From: Lytechinus pictus
Lineage: Eukaryota
Length of the DNA stretch: 64,000 bases
Assembly (NCBI RefSeq): GCF_037042905.1
Contig: NC_087263.1
Location: forward strand, 15,564,001-15,628,000
Reading direction: 5' to 3'
Shown: piece after piece, positions 15,001-29,800 of the stretch
Position numbering within the stretch: the first letter of the stretch is position 1
Layout of the letters: each line of letters opens with the position of its first letter
Position numbers and translations under genes: made by a program
Notes under the pieces: model-generated
The model's input: only the letters and a program-made list of their open reading frames with translations
Databases searched by the model: none
What the model was told of the DNA's origin: nothing

Positions 15001-18000
15001 CTACGACATCACCTACACTCCTGAGGGTGGTGAGGAAGTTACCGTGTCCGTCGAACCAGATCAGACCAGTGCCGTTTTGAGGAACCTTGCTTCAGCTACC
15101 GAGTACATAATCCTGCTCATCTCCAGGGCCGGACCAAGTACCTTTAGTGAACCTCTGGAGTTGTCTGTTACAACAAGTAAGTATGGGGTTTGATTCAGGT
15201 CATGAAGCCAAGGTCAAAGGTCATTTGGGAGTCAGTATTAGAAAACATGCTTTTGGGGAAACACTAATTACAGTTTCTAATTTTCAGTGGTTCGATGGTC
15301 TGCTGTGATGACCCTCTGGAGTTGGTTGTTAAGAAAAATAATAAAGGGGGTCCTCTGTCCAGACATTATGCAGAGAAACACTTTTGCTCCTGGTTCTCTG
15401 AACACAAATACATGTACCTCAAATAACTCAAAAATTTGTAGAGTTTTGTCCTTTTTTGTCTGATATTATTTCTTTCAAACAATCTATGAAATACTACTTA
15501 TGAAGTTCTTGAAATTTGCTTTCTTTTCTGTACAAAAGACCTGATGGAAAGTGGCAAATGTACATGTAGATAAAATGCATTGCCAAAGAATGCGGGTGCT
15601 GTGATCGAATACCCATTACTCAATGCAAGTACACAGGTTATTAACATGCGACGATCTAATGACAGGGGTAATAATATATTTTGTACATGCAAAGCGCTTC
15701 GAAGCCCACAGTATTAAGCACTATATAAATGTAAATTTTTTTTCTTCTGAATTGTCAGGATCTGCCCTTCTAACCCTGCAACAGAGCCCCGATCCTTCAA
15801 CCGACGTTGTCGTGGACTGGGACGAAGAAGCGGGATCCGTCCTGAAGTACGTGTTGACCTATGACCCCAATGATGGAGAGCCAATCTCCCCGATCGAGAC
15901 CACGACCCCTGGCCCCGTCTCCATCACAGGCCTGAATCCTGGCTCGCAGTATGTCTTTACTCTCTCTACTGTTCTTACCAACAATGTCCAGTTCTTCTCC
16001 AGCAGTGTCTCTCATATTACAGGTAGGTAACCCACAGTATTCTGCCATCCCGTGGCACAAGGAACCAACTCTGTGGAATAAGTTTCTTCGTGAATGAGGA
16101 AAAAATTTGTCATTTTTTAATGCGGAAACATGTAGAGGTGCTTGCTTTTGACATGTCTGTATGGTTCCATGACATTTGCTCTGGTGACTATTGCTCTGCT
16201 CAAAATTCCACACACTAATCGAATGACCAACTTCAAGCCTGGGTTTAATACTATACCCTACCCTAAACCTTATCATAAACCTAACATTGCAACCCTAACC
16301 CTACATGTACATCTTAGATGAAATTAAGTCTTGAGCAATTGTCACAGGAACAAGTGTCGTGTCAATGACTGTATTTCAGATATTGTGGGCTATGTGACTC
16401 TAATTTCTTTACCATCGTGTTTAGCATACAGGAAATATCCCAAATCAAGATAAAAGTAGATGTTTTAAAAACAAAATCAGAGTTGCTTCCTTGTGTCATG
16501 GGATGGCAGTATGTATTTGCGATAGGCAGTTTTATATGGGGGCGATTCAATAAAGCATAAACACTACACTATTGCCACCTGGGCCCCGTCTTACAAAGAG
16601 CTGCGATTGATCCAATCAAGCACGACTATGGAAAGCCAGCAACATCAACTTCTCAAATACGTGTTCAAAATATTTTCTATATGTATCATTTTCTTTAAAA
16701 TACAGTGTGCTTCTCTCTCTTTACATAGGACATTTTGCAAGATTACTTTAGAAAAAAATTATGGCATTGATGGGTATCCATACAGTTGAGTTTAATCAGA
16801 TCAATCATCACTCTGTACGATGGGGGCCCTGGGCACCGTCTAACAAAGAGTTGCAATTGATCCGATCAACCATATCTATGGAAAGCCAGCAACATCTACA
16901 CCTAAAATCCATGTTTGCCCGAAATATTTTCTGGACGTGGTGTAAATTCATACATTTGATTCGTTATTGAATTTACCTGAATGATAGGAGCCGGTTGATG
17001 TAGAGATTACAGATGTGACGACCTACACAATCTCACTGTCCTGATCTCTACGAAGCCTGGGACATTATACTTTGGCGAAACCTTTGGACATGTTGATGTG
17101 TCATCGAATTTACTAATTCACCTCTATGATATTGTATTGTTGTAGTCCCAAAGGAGCTGGTCGATGTAGAGATCACAGATGTGACGACCTACACAATCAC
17201 ACTGTCCTGATCTCTACCAAACCTGGGACATAATACTTTGGCGAAACCTTTGGACATGTTGATGTGTCATCGAATTTACCTCTATGATATTGTTTTGTTG
17301 TAGTCCCACAGGAGCCGGTTGATGTAGAGATTACAGATGTGACGACCTCCAGCATCACTCTGTCCTGGTCTCCACCCAGCGAAGGACAGTTCTTCGGCTA
17401 CATCTTGAACTACAGAGGAGACGGTCTTTCATTAGAGCTTGGCCGCACCCCTGCCACCAGTCTCTTACCAAGTTATCAGGATTCTATTACCCTCAAGGGC
17501 TTGACTCCGCGCTATGATTACAGGATGGTAATAGCAACATACGTGGATTACGATGGTGTGACCTACACCAGTAATAATGTTACAAAGATTGACCGCACAT
17601 GTAAGTGAAATATAACCCAAAGCCTATCTGTAGCTTTGTTAAATCCCCCCAAAAGTGCATGTCGCTATTCATTTCATTTCTAGATTACATTAATCCATGT
17701 GCCTCAAGGGGGTTGTGATATGAAGGATATCAACTAACTAAAAATGTGTTTTATTGGATAAATTTACTGATTTTTCAAAAAAGAAATTATTTGAGTAGTT
17801 GGTTGATCAAAATAAATGTGAACTTTTGTCTTGTGTATATAAAACACCTCGTGCATGGAATGGGCTGAAAGTTTAAGGATACTATCTGTCAGTGCCTTTC
17901 CTATAGCCAATAAATGAAATATTTGAATTTTAATGAGTAATAGATGCATCAATGACTACTATGCTTAAAATGTAAGATTGTAAAAATGTATGATGACATT

Positions 18001-21000
18001 GGATTATGGTTCACATTACTGACCCTGATAAGATTTGAAGTGTCTCATTTGCATTTTTCAATAGAGAGGTAGGTGTAACAAAGTCATTACAGCAGAATAA
18101 AGAATTCAGTTTTTAGCAGAACAAACAATCGCTTTCTTCATGGGCTATAATACCCCACTTGTATTGTAACATACATGTACAAAAGTTGGGGTAATCTTCC
18201 AAATAGGGATTTCCCGGTATGCCCTTTCTATTGGCCTAGTGCAAAGATACCATGTTGCTTTACATGCTCGATATAGCATTATGTATGATTATGATAATTG
18301 TTTTTATATATCTTTTTCTTATTTTTCTCTCTCTTTCTAGTATTTTCATCTGATCTGAACATTGTGGTCAAGTTTGTAAACCAGACATCTATTACATTTG
18401 AATGGCAGCTTGCAGTGGGAGCAGACGGCTACGAAACAATGGTAATTTTACATTGATCCATTACCTTCCCTTCCCTCTTCTGCCCTATGAAAAGAAAAAC
18501 ATCAAGTATCATGGAGATGACATTCAAGTAGAGCTCCTAGCTGCAGCTCATGTCATCCATTTTCCATTTGGAGTTTTATGAAAGGAAATACAGTGCCGTC
18601 CGTGGGAAACGTCACAGTGCCCCCTAGGGCGAACGCGGTAGCCCGTAGCGGACATTTGAGGGGAGCGGACGAGGGAAGACGCCCGCGTCCGCTCTCCTAG
18701 GACATGAGTGCCCTAGGGGAGCACCCGAGGGTAGTGCCCGCGTTTATCCTAGGGTGTTTCCCTAGGATGTTCGGCCGTGCATTCTTGGTCGAAAGAAGAG
18801 GTGTGATTTGACACATTCAAGACTGCATGTGATTTTTATCTCATATCAAGCATAAGTTTTCGATCATTTATCGTGGATAAAATCTGTTATGAAAACTACA
18901 AAGTTTTGGGTTGATAACTGGGATTTTAGGCTTTTTCGCCGAATTACTTATTGTGTTCGATTACACACTGGCACCAGCTTAAAGGGTCTTTTCCTATATA
19001 TGAATATTCTTCCTGTGGTGTCCGTTATTTCATTCACTGACATGGTAAGTCGTGATCGTAAATGAGTTTCTGACAAAGGAGCAGGTATTTGTCGATGTTG
19101 ACCCTACATTCCGGAGGTCGTCCTCGAACTATTTACTCTATTCTTTCCCTGCATGGTCATCCTTTTTTATATACCCTGACATGCCTTTCAGGCGCGGATC
19201 TACGAGATGCAGATAAAAGGGAGAAAAAGAAAGCAAAAATGAAAGAAAAGGCGAAAATGAAGGGATGGATTGAAGGCAAGAAGGAAAGAGATAAGAGAAA
19301 TAGAAAAAGTGAGAGAAGGGGAAAGGGGAGAAAGAGAAAATATAGGGGGGGGCAAAGAAGAGAAATAAGGAAAAGGTGAAATGGAGAAGAAAACAGAGGG
19401 GATGAAAAAAGGGAAGGTGAGACAGAAAGAAAAGAGGGAAAAGGAGAAAAGGAAAATAGATTGAAAATCGAACGGGAGATGAAGAGACAAAGGAAGAAAA
19501 GGAAGGACAGAATGAGAAAGAGAGAATGATAAGGAGGGGGAAATTAAATAAAATGAAGAAGGGAGACATAATAAAATGGAGTAAAAAAGCGAAGGAGGGA
19601 AGAGAAGGAAGGGTGCAGGAAAAGGTAAGAAGTACAGGGGACAATAGAAGTGGGACTTAAGAAAAAAGTAGAGGAAAAGAGAGAAAGCGGGAAGAAAAAT
19701 TTGAGAAATTGTCCAGTTTTTCATGTCAGAAAATACTTTAGTAACTCGCACCTGCCCATTTTTACGCAGATGACAAGTATTGAACATTCTTGCGCTCAAT
19801 CTTGTAATTATTTTCTCTCACCATGCTCACAATTTCCTGCTCTCGTTGCATCAATTAAAAACTTGTCCCGAATTAACATCCGCTCATTCAAGAAAGAAGA
19901 ATGAAAAATGAAAGAAAAATTCAAATAGGAAGGGATGGAGGGGAAATGAGAAGGAAAATAGAAAAAGTGAGAGAAGGAGAAGGGAGCGAAGAAAAAAAGG
20001 GGAAAGGGGAGAAAGAGAAAATAGAGGGGGCTTATTGTTTCATGGTAATATGGATACCATATAGTTCTGCAGTACTTAGTTATGAAACTTGTTTTACTCA
20101 GTAATGCTCACGCGTGATGATTGAAAGGATTTTCGACTATATAGAGGCGAACCGGGACGGGGCTTTCATTCTTTAACTTGGCTTGACTAACTCCGTTGTT
20201 CCCCGAAAAGAATTGTTAGGTTTGATAGTTAGCGTTTGCGTGAGCACCCACCAAAACACTTAACAAAAGAAAAGAATGGTTTGTATAGCTCCATTCTTGC
20301 TTTGTCGGCAAGTGATTATTAACTCGTCAAGTACTCATTCCACACACTACGTCATAGTAGCTTTCGAAAACATACTTTTACTTGGGTATGTGTTTAAACA
20401 TTGAAGCTAAATGTGCTAGAAATTTTTTATATAGTTACATTATGTAAATAGCTTTTGTTGGTTTGCTCTGAAGCGCATTGAGCATCCAATCAAGATGGAA
20501 AGTGCGCTTCACAAATGTTATTTTTAGCTGCCATATAACACTGAAGTCTGTATTATACCAAGCTGTGTCTTGGTTTTATAATTTCCAATTCATATAACAA
20601 AATATATTTCGAAGGAAAATCTTGCTTTACTGAAATAAAATAAATAAATAAAAATGTTTATAACTTTAATTGATGTCGACTAATCTATCAATATAAAACC
20701 GCAGTTCGTAAATATGATAGTTTAATCTTTACTTCGACGTCAATCGTGTTATTATCATAATTTAGGTGCATCAGGGATATCAATATTCGTTTTAATCCCA
20801 TCTATAATTTTGTATAAAATTGCGCGAAATATATGCGTTGTTCTCATCATGAAGCTGGAACCCCTCTTCATTTTTCTCATCCTCCTCTTCCTTCTTCTCC
20901 TTTATTATTTCCACCACTTTCATCTCTTCCCAATTCGAATATCTACCAATGCAACTTAAAAACCGCAATAGAGAGCAGGTAATTTAATCAGATGTTTAAG

Positions 21001-23537
21001 CAAAAAGATAAATCTGTTCCATCTGTTACATTTTGGTAAATTCATATTTTTTTTATCGGGTGAGGGCTTTAGAGACCCGATTTGAACCGAAATGAAAAGA
21101 ACATCCTCATTTATTGTTGTTAACGCATCAACAAATTAATCCCCCCCCCCATTTCTATGAACATCCTGTCATAAATTGGGAAGCGGATGTGATCAAAGGA
21201 GATCAAAGGTGTGGGCGGGGAGCAAGACTACCAGACTGTTGACAATAACAAAAGAACCACATAACAAATCGATGAGCACAACCAGTTTTGTTGGTGTTCG
21301 CTTTTTGCACGTCTACTTTGTATGATCTTGGTCATACTAGTATTCGTTTTCACGTACCTTTTCATTCCCTTTATTAGGGTTTTATCAACCATGTCAACGA
21401 ATTGACGATTCCAATATTGACCGCACGTTTGTTTTAACCTAATGAGAATTCGCAAATGCCCTTGATATTCATAATTCTGTTTTATTTTTAGTTTGTCATT
21501 AATGTTTGTTAACATTCACTCTGTTAATAACTTGTCAATTTTGATTTACAAAAAAAAATCAAGTCTGCTTATTATAATGTCTTTTATCTATTTTAATTTT
21601 TTGTTTGTTGATATGCCTTTCTTTCTTCTTTCCTGATTCCACCCTGTGCACCCCGTTAAAACTCAAGGAAGAATGTTTCAAATGTTTTCTAGTTCTTACA
21701 CTGTTCATAATAAGGAGATGGGATTAGGTGTACAGTTCACCACGCTGAAGGGAGAGGAATGGGTACGTATGGAAAAAAAAACTTATCGATCCCAAAAGAT
21801 AGAGAATTGATCTCCATGACATTAAATCACAATTGTGTCCTATATTTTTTAAACAAGTTTGTATGATACATGTATGCCTCCCACGTAAGGCGTAAGGAAA
21901 AAAGTTTACCTAATGTATCAAATTAGATTAATTGATTAGATTCATTGCGGTAAATGGAAAACAATAAATTCGATGTTCCAGCCAGGGTGACCAGATTTCA
22001 CAAAATTAAATACGGGACAATCGACAAAGCACTATGTACCATCGGATCGACCGAGCCAGGCCAAAAAATCAACAAAAAGGCTACACAATGTTAGACTTGT
22101 TAACAAAATATATTAAGAAAGGGGAAGGGAGGGTGAGCGGAAGAAAGAAAAGAGAAAAAAAATGAGGAAACAAGAAATGAATTGAGAGGAAAGAAAAAAA
22201 TAAGGAAAAATTAAAAGGAAAAAAGTTTGAATAAAAGGATGAAAGAAAGAATAAAAGACAGATAACGGTTTCCGTCATTACTTGAAATGAATAAAGAAAG
22301 AAAGAATTAAAATAAAGATAGGGAAGATGAATAAATGTGTGAAAGAAAAAACATAAGGAGAGAAAAGAGAAAAGTAAGAAAAATGGAGGAAAAGAGAAAG
22401 AAAGAAAAAGAATTCCTTCATTATTTGAAAGAAACAAAGACAGAAGAAAACATGAAGGAAGGAAGAAAGGAAAGAGGGAATAAGGGAAAAGAATTAAAAG
22501 GGAAAACAGAAATTAAAAAATGAAAGAAAAGAAAACAAATAACATCTAAAATAAAAAAAAAATAATCTACAATAGATTCCGAACACGCTAGTTTAAAAGC
22601 ATAATGGTCTATCACAAGATAACCAAAGTACATGCACATGGAAACATAATGCAATGTACGTACCCTAGGGTACCCGAGGATAAGTGCGGGCACGGCCAAT
22701 ATTATATAGCACGCAGGAAACTGCTGGCGCGTCTAAACACCCTAGTGTGCTCCCCTTGAATACCCTCGGTTAGACGCGAAAGCCCCCTAGGGTGTTTGCG
22801 TGCTCGGGCGTGACGTTTCCTGCGGCCGGCACTGTACATAAAATTCTTTGATCTTTCAACTCTTTTGGTAATATTAATCATCCAATCTTTGAGATTAAGT
22901 CGCGGAAGTGCTTGCTTAGTTTTTTATCAATCGCGCACACAACCATTAAGATCTTGCGAATAACCCCCAACTCCCCCTCCCGCTAGACTTTGCAACTTCA
23001 AAGTATATCACAGGCTATACAGCATTAAAATTTACACAGCTGATACGAAACTGTTAATAATAATTATTCCGTTCTTATATGGCTCTTAATCCATTGGAGT
23101 GACGTCTCTGATATATTGTTGTATCCTGGGGAGCATTCCAACAACAGTTTCTAGACTCAAGCGCTAGGAGTACTACATAAGGTCTTTGCATCCTACCAGG
23201 TACCCATTTAACACCTGGGTGGAGAGTGGCAAATTGTGGATTGATGCCTTGCCAAAGGATGCTAGGCCATGGTGGGATTCGAACAACCCTCTGATTACAA
23301 GGCAAAAGTCAGAACCGCTACACCATGACGCTGTTATAAACTCATTTTATAATTTATTTTTTTTCCAGGTGTTTGACCCCACATCAGGAGGAGTGGGGTT
23401 TCCACTAACTGTACTGAATGGTATCAATGAGAGAACGGTTTCTAACTTAGTCCCCGGAAGGAATTATCAGATCTCTGTTTCTGCTTTAAGAGTGGATCAG
23501 AGTGACTCGATACAACAGAGAACATGTAAGAGACAGT

Positions 23538-23568
<31 letters not shown>

Positions 23569-23679
23569 GTTGGATGGTTGGTTATTTGATTGATAGATCG
23601 ATGGATTGATTGATTGGGTGGTTGGTTTGTTGGTTGATTGATTGATTGATGGATGGATGGATTGATGAATGGATGGATG

Positions 23680-23759
<80 letters not shown>

Positions 23760-23795
23760 GATAGTTGGATGGATGGATGGATGGATTGATGGATG

Positions 23796-23878
<83 letters not shown>

Positions 23879-26800
23879 GGATGGGTGGCTTGATTGATGG
23901 ATTGATTGATTGATTGATTGATTGGGTGGTTGGTTTGTTGGTTGATTGATTGATTGATGGATGGATTGATGGTTAGATAGATAGATGGATGGATGGATTG
24001 ATGGATGGATGGCTTGATTGATGGATGGATGGCTTGATTGATGGATTAATGGATTGATTGATTGATTTGATGATTGGTTGATTGATTGATTGTTTGATTG
24101 ATGGATTGAAAATCTCTGACTTGCAGCCAAATGGCTGAATTTCACAAAATCCACTCTGTCATGCTGAGAGTTGAATTTAGACAACAACATTACAATGTTC
24201 AGCGAACCCAGAAAAACAAATTTTATTTCATGTAAAATTTTATCACCTGACTTCACAATTATTTAAAACATGGCAGAACTTACAGAACTTGAAAACTTTA
24301 TATATTATTCATTTTCTGCTTTCACTCACTGTTTAGCACCACTGTAGAGAATAATATGCAAAAGAAAAATCATGTTTTGAGCAAACTATGGTTTGATGTC
24401 CATGTGCAAAAATTGAAAGTCATTTTATTTTTCAGGTGAATATATCTACAGACACACCATTTCTTAACCTCATTTCTAAAAAGAATATTTTATTCATCAT
24501 ATTCCATAATCAGTTGGAATTTATGGAAATCATATTCTATGATACATGGGGGAACTGCCCGCATATGATGTTGCATATGAAAAACATAACAATTCATAAC
24601 TCTCTTGCAATTTGACGGATTTTCATGGTCTCCAATATTTTTCTCCCATTTTTTTCATCTTTTATTAAAACCAACCTACTGTCAGGGTCAAATTCCCTTT
24701 TTAATGCAATTCTGATTTTGATTTTGTTACTTCATTTTCAGTACCCAATGCACCAAGTGACGTTAGTGTGGAGCCTGAGGCAGCAGCATTAACTTTGTCT
24801 TGGGATCCAGTCCCTGGAGATGTTGACGGTTATTATGTCTTCTACCAGCTTGAGGACAACCCCTACCAGATATCAGAACTCTTTTATGTGGAGGATTCAC
24901 CTAGTCCGATGGTAAAATATTGTCTGATGGTTGAGAGTCAAACTTCAGTTCTGAGTGTAATTTTGGCTAGAGTGAAAATCTGTTAAAATTGCAGCTGGAA
25001 AATGATCCCTGCCAGTTATGAGAACTGTTTTACATTGGCGATCATTTACCAACCATATTTTTTATGGTTAATTTTAACACTCGAGTCTTGGTGTGAGTGT
25101 AGCTGAAATTGCTGATGACAAACTTATTCTAGATATGAGTCTAGCATGACATGGACATTTCAGCCGGAAGACTTCCTTTCTCAGACATTAGAACTGTTTT
25201 ACATAGATGATCTTTCAAGTCCAATGGTAGTGTATTGTCTGATAGTTGACTATAAACTCTATTTCTTTGAGGTCTAGAAGAGTTTCGTGACTTGAAAAAA
25301 AAAACTCTTACTACCAAGTAGAAATGACCCATACATAAAGTATATTCCATATATCAGAACTGTTCTATCCAGCCCACACATTTCCTTGCTCTATGCCATC
25401 CACACTTGCCTATTCTCTAGTCTATGGTACTCACACACATTTACTTTTCCCGTACTTGATAGCATCAATGGACCCACACTCGCAAACTCCATATTCCATG
25501 CAACGAAAACACACTTGCCTTTCTACATATATGGAGGGTACCAACACACCAAACTCACATTTTCCATACTCTGTCCATCCAACACTAAACTTTATCCCAT
25601 TCACCCACCCACACACACCTCTGTACTCAATCCAACACACACCCACACTCAATTTCTTCCCCACTCTAACCCACCCAACCTTACTTCTCCCGTTTTCTGT
25701 GCCGCCCACACACCCACTCTTGCCTTTTCCGTTACTCCACAGTGTAGCTCATCCACCCTCACACTGCACTCAACTTTTACCTTGTCTAAGACATCCACAT
25801 GTTCAGTTCTTGAGACCACTGACATGCCCACATCCACATTTTACACACTTTATTGCACCTCCCACACTTACATTTTCCCCAATCTGTGCCACCCACACCC
25901 ACCTTTTCCCAACTCCATCCCTCCATACATCCACATTCGCTTTTCTTTTACTCTAGCTCATATACTGGGCACTCTAATATTTTCTATTGGCTGGTCTATG
26001 ATATCACACACCCACACGTACCTTTACCATACTGTAACCCACCCACACTCACATTTTTCATACCCTATGCCACCTACCAATACAAACACTTTCCATACTC
26101 TATCCACCCCACCCACACCCACTTTTTTCCCTGCTCTAACCACCCACATACCCACACACGTTCTGTTTTCTATCCCATTCAAACACCCACACTCACACTT
26201 TCTCTAATCTATCCCACCCAAACACACACACACAATCTTTTCCCCGACTGTAGCCTGCCCAAACCCACCTTCTTCTCTGACTCACCCACCTACACTTTCT
26301 TTTTCCTAGTGTAAGCCACACACCCACACTCGCCTTTCTCTACTCTATCCCACCCACCCACACTCTTTATTTCCCTAGTCTGGGCTCCCACTCAACCACA
26401 TTTCAACTTTATCATACTCTAACCCACAAAAAAGGCCTACACTTCTATTTTTCCTACTCTATCCCACTCTCAAACCCACACTCACTTTTTGCCTACTCCA
26501 CCCCACCCACACACCCTAAACTTTTTTCTCTAATCCGTCCCACGCATATATCCTTTTTGAATGAGAGCGCTATTAATAACCAATCAGCAACCCACACACA
26601 CATTTTATCTTCCCTATACTGCCTACACACAAAAACTTCACTTTCCTTCTATTGGGCAACATAATTCTTCTTCATGTGAAGTTATTTCTCAACTACCAGT
26701 ATGGTTTGTTCTTTTAGGTGCGAATTACAGGATTAAGACCTCTCACAGACTACACTTTAACCGTTACATCATATTCCGGTGAAGGTATTGAACGTGAAAT

Positions 26801-29800
26801 CAGCTCCACAGTTGTCGAAACTGCCACAGGTAATTGATTCCTCTTATTACCATAACAAAGGCAAACTATTTGAAGATTTCTGTAATCCTTGACATCTACA
26901 AAGAATATGCAGTGTACCATGCTGGGGGCTGTTTCATAAAACTGTTTGTAACTTAAGAGAGACTTTACGAATGACTGGTGATCCTTTCTTACGCGCTAAG
27001 TAATCACCAATGAACATTTAAGTGTATACCATTTACGACAAGAAAGAATCACCAGTCATTCTTAAAGTCGCTCTTAACTTACAAACAGCTTTATGAAACA
27101 CCCACCTGTTCATGAGCTTGGGACATCAGAGTCCTTAGCTTTGCAACTTCCTAATATTGCTAAATTTTGTGCATGTTTTTATGAACAACTGGAACCTGAT
27201 GGGTGTTCCATCAAGCTGTTTGTAAGTTCCGAGCGACTTTACAACAACTGATAACTGTCTCTTGTGGTAAATGATATGCTGCAAATTTTCATTTAAGTTG
27301 ATTAAGAATGGATCACCAGTCATTTGTAAATTCGCTTGTAATAAACAAATAGGTTTATGAAACACCCACCTGGGGACCGTTTCATAAAGGTATTCGTAAG
27401 TTATACTATTTATCAATACATTTGGCGAATTCATCTGAAGGCGGCCATTGATGCTCATTATTCTCATGATCTTTATTCACATGTATCTTTGTGTACATTG
27501 CTCTGAATGTTATCGTCACATGCTTAAATACGGATTCAATCTTGTGTTTTTTGTGCTCTTGGATTTATCATGGATTTACACAAAAGAGAAAGTGCCAGAG
27601 ATTTTACTGAATCTGAGCCTCAAAAGAAAGAGGATTCATTTCTTTTTAAGGATTCTGTTCTTTATATTACATGTACCTCTTCAAAGAAATTTGTACCATG
27701 CGGCACATCTCAAATTATTTTATGTCAAAATTGACTTTTGAGCCTCCAAATTTCTACTTTTTACTTCGAAAGATTGGCAGCTCTGCTTGTATAAAATAGG
27801 TGCATAGATGGGATGACGTTTTCATGATTCTTCCCCTTACAGTTGACTACAGACCTGCTGAGATCGTGATCGAAGAAGTAACAACCGAAAGTATCCGTCT
27901 CTCTTGGGGTGTGTCCTCTGATCCAGCAGCAACCGGCTACGTCATTGAGGTATCTGGTGGGGATGACGTGTCCAGCTACTCCAGGGGATTATTCCAGCAG
28001 AATATTGTCATCCCCAACCTCACACCCGGAACATTCTACACTGTTACAGTCACGGTGACCGGAAGCGGAGAACAGGATACCGCAAGTGCACTGACAGGTT
28101 GGTCGATATTTTCTATTATTAACCGTATCAGACATCTGAGCAGGGCAACTTTGAAACATTGTTGCCTGCTTAAGACTGGGATCAAATGGCCGGTCAATAA
28201 AATTCCAATTGTTTATCCACGAGCCCAATTTATCGCCCGCTCAGGAAAGTCAATGAGAAAATGCGTGGAAATGTAGCTGGCAATAAAAGGCAGCGCTAAC
28301 ATCCGGGTATTCTACGCGCGTCCTTGAACCGCGCAGCGCTATATGTCATAATGGTAATCAAGTTGAGACAATGCTGGATACTGCGTCCCTAGGCCAGGGA
28401 CGCGTCATTTCAATAACGTCACAATGGTAAAGTTCAGAGGCCCAGTCTGCTCAACATGATAAACTAGATTCTCATTCTAAAAATTTAAAATATCTAAATT
28501 TTAACGATTTTTGCTCTAGATGTCTGATATGGTTAATAATAGCAATATTGACTGGCCTGGGGGCAAAAGGACATATATCGCCCTAAAATTGATATCACCC
28601 TCGTCTACGACTCGGGCGATATAAATCTAGTTTGGGCGATATATGTCGTATTGCCCCGAGGCCAGTCAATATTGCTTTACTATTCCACCGCAAATTTACT
28701 CCTCAGTTAGTATTTTGACCTTCTCCCTCTACAGTTGAATACCATCACCTATCCTAGTGACTCTGGTTGACTCGCCAGTGTATAAAACTATTAGTGCATG
28801 TTCAATTTTCAGGAGAGATATAGGTTACTCTGTTCCTTCTGATGACTCCTTGGGCCCGTTTCATAAAGGACTTGCAACTGTTGTAACTTTGCCATTATGG
28901 CAACTACCACGGAAACATTGATCCTGATTGGCTGCTGAGCCCTGTTACCATGGTAGTTGCCATTGTTGCAAAGTTACTGGTGAACAGAACTATTAGTGCA
29001 TGTTCAATTTTTCATGCAAGCAATAGGTAACTTACTGTTTCTCTATCTGTAGTACACATGTAGCGCAGGCGAAATGTGAGGTAACACTGTCCCAACAATC
29101 ACCCAAAGAAACTCCCCTATTATAAACTTGGATCATGTGTATCTTTCAGTGCCTTGTGGACCCAGTCTTTACCTTGACTCAATCTTTAAATTAGTAGTCC
29201 GAGAATGTTTTATTTACACTACAAGAACAAGAACATAGATTTTTTTAAATATGAAGTAATAGTGTGTGAAAAATTCCACACATACACACATGACCAGTGT
29301 GTTTATCTCCATCATCTTGAATTGGCACTTACTCCGGAAGAAGAAGGAGAAGTGTCTTGGTCTTCATGTTAGGGCAAACTGGACAAGCATGACATCTTCC
29401 TGAGGTAATTGAGCTTTGACTACCTTTATGTTTTTCTTTCTCACAGTGCCTACTGCACCAAGGACTCTGTCTGTTGACTCTGTCTCTCAGTCCATTGTCC
29501 AAGTGTCCTGGTCTGCTGGCGAAGGTGACTTTGATGAGTTTCAGATATACCTGAGGCAAGACAGTGAATCGGAGATCCACATTGATGATGTTCCTCCAAC
29601 GCAGCTCACCCAAACTTTCGAAAACCTTGAACCTGATACCATGTACACTGTGAGAATTGTTTCCGTCGTGAGGAGACAGAATGTAGAACAGAGGAGCTCG
29701 TCTGCAGAAACTGATTTCACTACCCGTAAGTTAAGAGGGGTTACCACTACAAGCTTAGTTGTTTGAGAACCCCTTAATTTTTTATTTTATTCACTTTTAT

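Noticed and set aside
19089..20104. Lys/Glu-rich and Phe/Leu-rich ORFs
   Set aside because: Polypurine low-complexity tracts; no transposase motifs.
23582..26314. SINQ-repeat and His/Thr/Pro-rich ORFs
   Set aside because: Arise from the tetranucleotide microsatellite and the C/A-rich minisatellite.
28735..29260. Possible extra exons after strong-looking acceptors (about 28735, 29053, 29149)
   Set aside because: In-frame stops and no FN3 pattern; the flanking exons already join in frame.
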